Assembly (NCBI GenBank): GCA_013375475.1
Contig: JABXKD010000092.1
Location: 1 to 12,670, forward strand
DNA: 12,670 nt
Direction of reading: 5' to 3'
Origin: Promethearchaeota archaeon
Lineage (GTDB): Archaea; Asgardarchaeota; Lokiarchaeia; Sigyniarchaeales; SOKP01
Positions 6,568 to 12,670 of this stretch are shown here, piece by piece (the first letter of the stretch is position 1; each line of letters starts with the position of its first letter). The notes below the pieces were generated by a model that saw nothing but the letters and a program-made list of their open reading frames with translations, was not told the origin of the DNA and searched no databases. The position numbers and the translations under genes are program-made.

Positions 6568-9500
6568 ATGCCACTAGATCCAACTATTAAAAAAGCGTTA
6601 GTATTAGGTTCAGGAGGAATTCGAATTGGACAAGCGGGAGAATTTGATTATTCTGGAAGTCAAGTATTAAAAGCTCTCAAAGAGGAAGGCATTAAAACGA
6701 TACTAATTAATCCTAATATTGCCACTATCCAGACCGATCCTGAATTGTCTGACCAAGTTTATTTACTTCCCGTTAACGTTAAATATGTTGAAGAAGTCAT
6801 AAAAAAAGAAAAACCCGATGGTATCTTACTAGCATTTGGAGGACAAACCGCTTTAAATGTTGGCGTAGAGTTAAAAGAACTTGGTATATTGGAGAAATAT
6901 AATATTAGAGTTCTTGGAACTCCAATAGAAGCCATAGAGGTTACAGAAGATCGAGATCTGTTTGTAAAAGCTATGATTAAAGCAAATGCTAAAGTATGCC
7001 AGAGTAAAGCTGTTACATCCTATAAAGATGCGGTGAAAGTAGCTCAAGAATTTGGATTTCCCTTGATGCTTAGAGTAGCATACACATTAGGGGGTAGAGG
7101 TTCAGGAATCATTGACAATATGAAAGATTTTGAACGCATGGCAAGAAAGGGTTTAGCACAGTCGAGAATTAACCAAATATTAATCGAAGAATCCGTTTGG
7201 GGATGGAAGGAAATTGAATACGAAGTTGTAAGGGATTCTGCGGACAACTGCTTTATAAATTGTAACATGGAAAATTTTGACCCTGTTGGAATCCATACTG
7301 GAGAAAGTATTGTAGTAGCACCGAGTCAAACTTTAACTAACGAAGAATATCACATGCTACGATCCGCGTCAATTCGAGTAATTAGAGGTTTAGGGATAAT
7401 CGGTGAATGCAACATCCAATACGCGTTAAATCCTTTTTCAAAAGAGTTCCGGGTAATAGAAGTTAATGCTCGACTTTCAAGATCATCTGCCTTAGCCTCA
7501 AAAGCTACGGGATATCCTTTAGCTTACATCGCTGCTAAGTTAGCAATAGGTTATAATTTACCGGAATTGAAAAACAAAATAACAGGGATAACAACTGCGT
7601 GTTTTGAACCAGCGTTAGATTATTTAGTACTCAAAATTCCACGCTGGGATTTAACTAAATTCCAGAAAGTTGATCGTCGTATCGGAAGCCAAATGAAATC
7701 AGTAGGAGAAGTAATGGCAATTGGGAGAACATTTGAAGAAGTGCTCCAAAAAGCGATTAGAATGTTGGATATCGGTATGAAAGGTTTAGTAGCCAATGAT
7801 TTAGAGTCGATTGAAGATGTTAACGAATTAAAATATGAGTTGAGAAATCCAACTGACTTAAGACTCTTTCGAATTGCGGAAGCGATCAAAAAAGGAATTT
7901 CACTTGATGAAATATATCGTTTATCAAGAGTGGATAAATGGTTTTTGTATAAATTAAAAAATATTGTAGACATAAACCGCCAAATTCAAGATATTGAGTT
8001 GCTTGAATCAGAAGATAACGAGAAAAAATACTGGCTGCAGCGAGCTAAAAGATTTGGTTTTTCGGACGGTCAAATTGCTAAGATAATGGGTGTGGATTCG
8101 ATTTTTATTCGGCAAATGAGAAGAAGATTAAACATTCAGCCTTATGTTAAAAGAATCGATACATTAGCAGCGGAATGGCCAGCCGTGACAAATTATCTTT
8201 ATTTAACCTACAGCGCTTCTGAACACGACATTGACTTTGAAAGCGAAAATAAATCCAACCTTAAAAAAATTATTGTATTAGGCTCAGGAACTTATCGTAT
8301 TGGTGCTTCAGTGGAGTTTGATTGGGGATCAGTTAATTGTTTGTGGGGCTTGAAAAAACTTGGAATCGACCAAGCGATAATGATAAACTATAATCCAGAA
8401 ACAGTATCGACTGATTACGATATATCCGATAAACTTTATTTTGAAGAATTGTCTGGAGAAAGAGTGCTGGACATTTGTGAGCTTGAAAAAGCTGATGGTT
8501 TAGTAGTTTCAGCAGGAGGGCAAATAGCAAATAATTTGGCCGCTAAATTTTCCAAGTATTCAGATTTTTTTAGAAAAGCAAGTATAAAAATTCTTGGTAC
8601 TCACGGAACGCGCATAGATATGGCGGAAAATAGAAGCAAATTCAGCACTTTATTGGATCAATTAAATATTAAACAACCTGAATGGAATGCTTTAACAACT
8701 AAAGAAGAAGCAGTAGAATTTGCGAAGAAAGTTGGGTATCCCGTACTCGTAAGACCATCATATGTGTTAAGCGGTGCTGCTATGAGAGTCTCCTATGACG
8801 AAAAAACGCTACAAGATACCCTTGATCTTGCTGTATCCATATCAAGTGAATATCCCGTCGTGATAACTAAATTTTTTACTAACGCTAGAGAAATTGAGTG
8901 TGATGGCGTATGCGATGGCGAAAAAGTGCTTATCGGAGCTATTGTCGAACATATTGAGAATGCGGGTATTCATAGTGGAGACGCAACAATGGCAATACCG
9001 CCTCAAACAGTTTCTAGCGAAGTTATATTAAAAATTGAAGACTATACAAAAAAAATCGCCTTAGCATTGAAAATTCAAGGACCATTTAATGTTCAATATC
9101 TTGTCAAAAATAGCGAAGTTTTTGTAATCGAATGCAACCTACGCTCAAGTCGAAGTATGCCCTATGTTTCCAAATCTCGTGGCATTAATTTGATGAGACT
9201 TGCGGCAGAAGTTATTATGGGCGGTAAAATTCCAAAAAGGCTATTGAATCTTCCTCTAGGTAACTATGTTTCTATTAAAGCACCTATGTTTTCTTTTATG
9301 AGACTTGATAAAGCAGATCCCGTTCTTGGTGTAGAAATGAGCTCTACAGGAGAAGTAGCATGCATAGGTGAAAACTTTCCTGATGCCCTTATGAAATCGT
9401 TAGAAGCTGCTGATATGACTATTCCGGTAGAGGGTGGAAACATTTTAATTTCTGTAGGTGGGGAAAAATTGAAATCCGAAGTAATTCCCTTAGCAAGAGA

Positions 9501-9879
9501 AATAGATAAACTCGGGTTTACGATATTTGCTACGGAAGATACTAAAAACGCTTTAACAAGGAATAACATAAATGCAGTGAAACTTTATAAGGTTCATGAA
9601 CGTGGATTGGAGCCTAATATTATGCAGTGTTTGCAGGACGGGCGCATAGAAATGGTAATAAACATTCCATTGCCAACCACAGTAGAAGAAAAATTTAAAA
9701 CCATAATGGAGGATGAATATAAAATTAGACGGATGGCAGTAGACTATAATATTCCGGTAATAATTAATTTACAATTAGCAAAAGCTGTTATCGACGCTAT
9801 AAAAAATATGCGTGAAAAGAAAATTGAAATAAAGTCGCTTAATGAATATCATCAAACGCTAAAAGAAGTGTATTGGTAA
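6568..9879 (+). CDS. carB: Carbamoyl-phosphate synthase large subunit (1103 aa from the corrected start)
   Basis: Two ATP-grasp halves (LGSGGIRIGQAGEFDYSG...IEVNARLSRSSALASKATGYPLA and LGSGTYRIGASVEFDW...VRPSYVLSGAAM...IECNLRSSRS) plus a C-terminal MGS-like domain. The likely start is ATG 6568 (MPLDPTIKK), 4 nt after the carA stop, with GGAG at 6554-6557. Confidence 0.97.
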   Translation: MPLDPTIKKALVLGSGGIRIGQAGEFDYSGSQVLKALKEEGIKTILINPNIATIQTDPELSDQVYLLPVNVKYVEEVIKKEKPDGILLAFGGQTALNVGVELKELGILEKYNIRVLGTPIEAIEVTEDRDLFVKAMIKANAKVCQSKAVTSYKDAVKVAQEFGFPLMLRVAYTLGGRGSGIIDNMKDFERMARKGLAQSRINQILIEESVWGWKEIEYEVVRDSADNCFINCNMENFDPVGIHTGESIVVAPSQTLTNEEYHMLRSASIRVIRGLGIIGECNIQYALNPFSKEFRVIEVNARLSRSSALASKATGYPLAYIAAKLAIGYNLPELKNKITGITTACFEPALDYLVLKIPRWDLTKFQKVDRRIGSQMKSVGEVMAIGRTFEEVLQKAIRMLDIGMKGLVANDLESIEDVNELKYELRNPTDLRLFRIAEAIKKGISLDEIYRLSRVDKWFLYKLKNIVDINRQIQDIELLESEDNEKKYWLQRAKRFGFSDGQIAKIMGVDSIFIRQMRRRLNIQPYVKRIDTLAAEWPAVTNYLYLTYSASEHDIDFESENKSNLKKIIVLGSGTYRIGASVEFDWGSVNCLWGLKKLGIDQAIMINYNPETVSTDYDISDKLYFEELSGERVLDICELEKADGLVVSAGGQIANNLAAKFSKYSDFFRKASIKILGTHGTRIDMAENRSKFSTLLDQLNIKQPEWNALTTKEEAVEFAKKVGYPVLVRPSYVLSGAAMRVSYDEKTLQDTLDLAVSISSEYPVVITKFFTNAREIECDGVCDGEKVLIGAIVEHIENAGIHSGDATMAIPPQTVSSEVILKIEDYTKKIALALKIQGPFNVQYLVKNSEVFVIECNLRSSRSMPYVSKSRGINLMRLAAEVIMGGKIPKRLLNLPLGNYVSIKAPMFSFMRLDKADPVLGVEMSSTGEVACIGENFPDALMKSLEAADMTIPVEGGNILISVGGEKLKSEVIPLAREIDKLGFTIFATEDTKNALTRNNINAVKLYKVHERGLEPNIMQCLQDGRIEMVINIPLPTTVEEKFKTIMEDEYKIRRMAVDYNIPVIINLQLAKAVIDAIKNMREKKIEIKSLNEYHQTLKEVYW

Positions 9880-9880
9880 G

Positions 9881-9891
9881 AAAAAAAAAAA
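9881..9891 (-). terminator. Putative archaeal-type oligo(T) terminator for the PAP2 gene
   Basis: A11 on the + strand is T11 on the - strand, about 25 nt downstream of the PAP2 stop, in the 36-nt gap between convergent carB and PAP2. There is no GC hairpin. Confidence 0.5.
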
Positions 9892-9915
9892 TAATTTTAG
9901 ATTTCTTAATTTAGT

Positions 9916-10866
9916 TTAATCTCGTTTAATTTTTGTGAAGATCCAAGGAACTAAAGTAATAACTAAAAATCCTAATATGAAATATTTAGTAAATCTCCAA
10001 ACAAAAAAATCAGAAGAATAAAGGCTTAATGCAAAATAAAAAACCATCGTTAATACTACCCCTATTACAAGATTTAAAAGTTTCTGTTTGTAATTGAGTG
10101 CTTTTGGGTCGTAATGAATTTTTTCGTTTTCGATTAAATAACCAAGCGATAACCCCATTAGCCCGCCACAGCACAAACCGTAGTCATAGGTAGTAGTAGG
10201 AAAGATAATAAGAGCTATAGTTAACATGGCAATCGGAATTATTATTGCTAGAATTACCTTGGTTAAAAAATTCAAAGACTTGGCTTTTTCAGAGATTAAT
10301 GGCTCAAGGCAGATGAATAAAATCAAGAAAAGAGTGCCATAAAAGAATCCTCCCCATACATCTTCTAAATCGTGCACTCCAACTACAATCCTCGATATTC
10401 CAATTAAATAGATTAATATCATAAAGACCCATTGAAGAATTTTATTTTCTTTTTTGTACGACTCATAAGACATTAGTCCCCAAACTGCTACCCCCTGTTG
10501 TGAATGCCCAGAAGGAAAACCAAAGCCTGTCTCATATGTGTTAGTCCAAGGACGGGGATCTTGAAAGCTATCCTTTAAAATTCTGGTAAAATAATAAGAA
10601 CCTAAAAGAGAGAACCCTACATTTCTTCCAAATTTAACATCGTATACGAATGCTATAACCGCAAGTAATAGGATTTGTACAATGTCTTCTCCTATATAGG
10701 ATATTGCCCGAAAGATTGCGAAAGTGATTGAATTACCATAAAATAATTCATTGAAATATAAGTTAAGCCCTAATAGTAACAAGATTCCTCCAACAACGAA
10801 ATTAACCGCTGCGATTATTAATATTATGAGCAATATTTTTTTTGACATAGTTTTATTTTCGCTCAA
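9916..10866 (-). CDS. PAP2-family integral membrane phosphatase (lipid-phosphate phosphatase-like)
   Basis: All three PAP2 motifs are present: KDSFQDPRP (KX6RP), FPSGHSQ and SRIVVGVHDLED (SRX5HX3D). There are many hydrophobic segments, including a C-terminal multi-TM extension. Start TTG 10866 is preceded by GTGA, with alternative ATG 10848. Confidence 0.92.
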   Translation of the reverse strand: MSENKTMSKKILLIILIIAAVNFVVGGILLLLGLNLYFNELFYGNSITFAIFRAISYIGEDIVQILLLAVIAFVYDVKFGRNVGFSLLGSYYFTRILKDSFQDPRPWTNTYETGFGFPSGHSQQGVAVWGLMSYESYKKENKILQWVFMILIYLIGISRIVVGVHDLEDVWGGFFYGTLFLILFICLEPLISEKAKSLNFLTKVILAIIIPIAMLTIALIIFPTTTYDYGLCCGGLMGLSLGYLIENEKIHYDPKALNYKQKLLNLVIGVVLTMVFYFALSLYSSDFFVWRFTKYFILGFLVITLVPWIFTKIKRD

Positions 10867-10931
10867 TATTTTTCACTTTTTATTTTAATTTCTCGTAAAA
10901 ACAATGGATATGATATTATTTTTACACACTA

Positions 10932-10946
10932 CTATAAAAGGCTTTC
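10932..10946 (-). promoter_or_regulatory. Putative BRE + TATA box of the PAP2 gene
   Basis: The minus strand reads GAAAGCC-TTTTATAG, matching the archaeal purine-rich BRE followed by a TATA box, about 65-80 nt upstream of the start. Confidence 0.55.
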
Positions 10947-10953
10947 CTCAAAA

Positions 10954-10985
10954 ATTACTGGTAAATATATAATTTTACCATTAAT
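10954..10985. repeat. Inverted repeat ATTAcTGGTAAA-N8-TTTACCAtTAAT; candidate transcription-factor site
   Basis: 12-bp arms with 11 complementary positions (core TGGTAAA 10959-10965 / TTTACCA 10974-10980) around the spacer TATATAAT, in a divergent intergenic region. Confidence 0.6.
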
Positions 10986-11060
10986 AAAAACTATGAAAAA
11001 AAATAAATAGTTAATAAATTTTGCTTTAGATAACTGTTAAAAAGTGAGGAACCACAAAAA

Positions 11061-11366
11061 ATTTCGGGTGTCGAGCAAATTTATTATCGGGGATACATTT
11101 TAGTTCGTTTGAAAATCATCGGAACACAATGGAAAATAGTAGAGAAATTGAATGGCTTGAAACCAGAAGAAGACCAAGATTGGAACATTACGTACGCATC
11201 ACCTACTTATGGGGGATGGGATTTAATTATAGAATGTGTATTTAATAATCTTGAAGATTTAGATAAAATTGTATCATTCTGCCGAACAGATAATGATTTA
11301 AAAGAATGGATCGATGCTACAACGACTCTTATTAGCACTAAAAGAAGTTTCAGTCTCGAAAAGTGA
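11061..11366 (+). CDS. Stand-alone Lrp/AsnC ligand-binding (RAM)-like domain protein; start uncertain (ATT 11061 proposed, ORF track gives TTG 11109)
   Basis: 'ITYASPTYGGWDLIIECVFNNLEDLDKIV...IDATTTLI' fits the RAM pattern (G-x-Y/W-D-h-h, then a helix, then a T-x-T strand). The first strand 'YRGYILVRL' is encoded in frame upstream of 11109. There is no HTH domain. Confidence 0.7.
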   Translation: MSGVEQIYYRGYILVRLKIIGTQWKIVEKLNGLKPEEDQDWNITYASPTYGGWDLIIECVFNNLEDLDKIVSFCRTDNDLKEWIDATTTLISTKRSFSLEK

Positions 11367-11372
11367 TTCTTT

Positions 11373-12371
11373 TCAAATCAAATTATTTATTATAATTTCT
11401 GAAATATCTGATGAATATTCACCCGTTCTCCTTATACTTTCAATAATAAAACCTATTTCCACAAGGTATTCTGAATTCGGGCTGATTTTAATGGCATTAC
11501 AAGCATTTGTTAATATTTTTATAGATTCAATATTTTCATTTGCTAGATTTAAGTCTTTTTGTAGCCACGCATCTAAGCTCTTGTTTAGTAATTCAAGAGA
11601 AATATCACTAGCTTTCATGATGTTTTCGTATAAACTCTTATCAATTTTTTGATAATCTATTAAAATTACATTTCTAGCAATCTTAACTGCGTGATCGCCT
11701 ATCCGTTCTAAAAACCTGCTAATAAATTTGTAATTACTTGCATCTTCTAACGTAATATCTAATTTTTGGCACAAGATAATATCTTGCAATACAATGTGGG
11801 CTTGACGCTCAACAAACCAATTTACTCTATCAATTTCATCGTCGTCCTCGATTACTTTTTCTGCAAGTTTTTTATCCCCTGTTTCAAGAGCTTTAAGTGC
11901 GTCTTCGTGCATATTGTTAGCTAAAATATACATTCTTTTTATCGTCTTCTCAAAAAGCATTTCTCTGGGGTCAATTAAATCCCTAATTTTTATGGTATTA
12001 TCTGATTCTTCCAGAATTTCGGTGCCAATAGTAATTTTACTAAAAATTTTTACCGTATCTCTCATTATTGATTCGAATTTTTTACTCGATTTTACTTCTA
12101 TCAGGTTATAGCCCATGATATAAGCTCCTACTAATAACCTGAACAAGAAATCAGAATCTTTAATCTCATCAATATCGAACTTCTTTTCCTTTACATTCTT
12201 TTCTGAACTCATATATGGAGTAATCAATAAGTTACCATCAGGCTGTGAGAGTACTCCAATAGTATCCTTAGCCTCAATTCCGTGCTTCTTTATCCATTCT
12301 ATTGGTAAACTTATAATAAAAGAAGAACCACCCGTTTTCTGAACTTTTCTAGCTTCAATATTGAAAGACAT
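11373..12371 (-). CDS. phoU: Archaeal-type phosphate uptake regulator: AbrB-like N-terminal domain plus two PhoU repeats
   Basis: N-terminal 'RKVQKTGGSSFIISLPIEWIKKHGI' is the AbrB domain typical of archaeal PhoU. PhoU motifs are 'EDDDEIDR', 'LERIGDHAVKIA' and 'IRRTGEYSSDISE'. GTGAG lies upstream of the ATG. Confidence 0.92.
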   Translation of the reverse strand: MSFNIEARKVQKTGGSSFIISLPIEWIKKHGIEAKDTIGVLSQPDGNLLITPYMSSEKNVKEKKFDIDEIKDSDFLFRLLVGAYIMGYNLIEVKSSKKFESIMRDTVKIFSKITIGTEILEESDNTIKIRDLIDPREMLFEKTIKRMYILANNMHEDALKALETGDKKLAEKVIEDDDEIDRVNWFVERQAHIVLQDIILCQKLDITLEDASNYKFISRFLERIGDHAVKIARNVILIDYQKIDKSLYENIMKASDISLELLNKSLDAWLQKDLNLANENIESIKILTNACNAIKISPNSEYLVEIGFIIESIRRTGEYSSDISEIIINNLI

Positions 12372-12449
12372 AAGTTTTTCTACTCACTTATATTTATGAT
12401 ATATATATATTATAGAATTATTATTAATGAATTACAACAAAAATACTTT

Positions 12450-12510
12450 CTCTATATTCTTTAAAATGCAATACAATAACAAAAACTCTATCTATATACT
12501 CTATATATTC
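12450..12510. repeat. CTCTAT(A/C)T direct-repeat cluster upstream of phoU
   Basis: CTCTATAT at 12450-12457, and tandem 13-mers ACTCTATCTATAT (12485-12497) and ACTCTATATATTC (12498-12510) that are 10/13 identical. Confidence 0.5.
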
Positions 12511-12670
12511 GTGAATCCCAGCAATTTCTTTTTAAGAATTATATCTTAAACCTTCCTTTGATTATAATTTTTAACACACTAATTAGTGCTTCAAAACTAC
12601 TTATAGATTCAAAAAATTTGTTTAATCAAGTTTTATAACTTTCTGGTGGCTGGAATCCCCCAGTAATGTC

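Noticed and set aside
5605-9569. Antisense ORFs 5605-5817, 5852-6049, 7044-7268, 7620-7973, 8333-8530 and 9264-9569
   Set aside because: These are shadow ORFs opposite the conserved carA/carB genes with no motifs.
11314-12111. ORFs 11314-11652 and 11914-12111
   Set aside because: They are antisense to phoU with Ser/Ile/Phe-rich shadow composition, and the first also overlaps the RAM-like gene.
12633-12670. Possible 3' end of a minus-strand gene at the right edge (e.g. ...HYWGIPATRKL*)
   Set aside because: The local GC rise suggests coding sequence, but all three minus frames are open for only 11-15 codons, so frame and product cannot be assigned.
1-12670. CRISPR arrays, tRNA/rRNA, riboswitch or pyrimidine attenuator before carA, IS/transposase
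   Set aside because: I saw no regularly spaced repeats, cloverleaf, GC-rich structured segment or transposase motif. The intergenic regions are short and AT-rich. A covariance-model search (Rfam/tRNAscan) would be needed to exclude small RNAs formally.

Overview
AT-rich, gene-dense window with nine coding regions and no rRNA, tRNA, CRISPR or IS element that I can see. Gene content and signals suggest an archaeon, probably an Asgard/Lokiarchaeia-like lineage (inference from an AbrB-PhoU fusion, a stand-alone Lrp/AsnC RAM-like protein, BRE-TATA-like promoters, an oligo-T terminator and eukaryote-type carAB). The left half is an ester-hydrolase cluster: two tandem type-B carboxylesterases, the first cut by the window edge, converge on a two-gene minus-strand unit made of an AbrB-like/acyl-CoA-ligase fusion and a beta-lactamase-fold serine hydrolase. 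Next come carA-carB, a PAP2 membrane phosphatase, a small RAM-like protein and an AbrB-PhoU regulator. The best candidate for an undescribed system is the 3343-5163 protein. It has an N-terminal AbrB/SpoVT-like DNA-binding module fused to a full-length CaiC-like acyl-CoA ligase whose ATP-handling residues are replaced (P-loop Ser->Glu, hinge Arg->Lys, catalytic Lys->Glu). This fits a pseudoenzyme-based one-component regulator, and a perfect 12-bp palindrome lies in its own promoter. The RAM-like gene also appears to need a non-canonical start, probably ATT.
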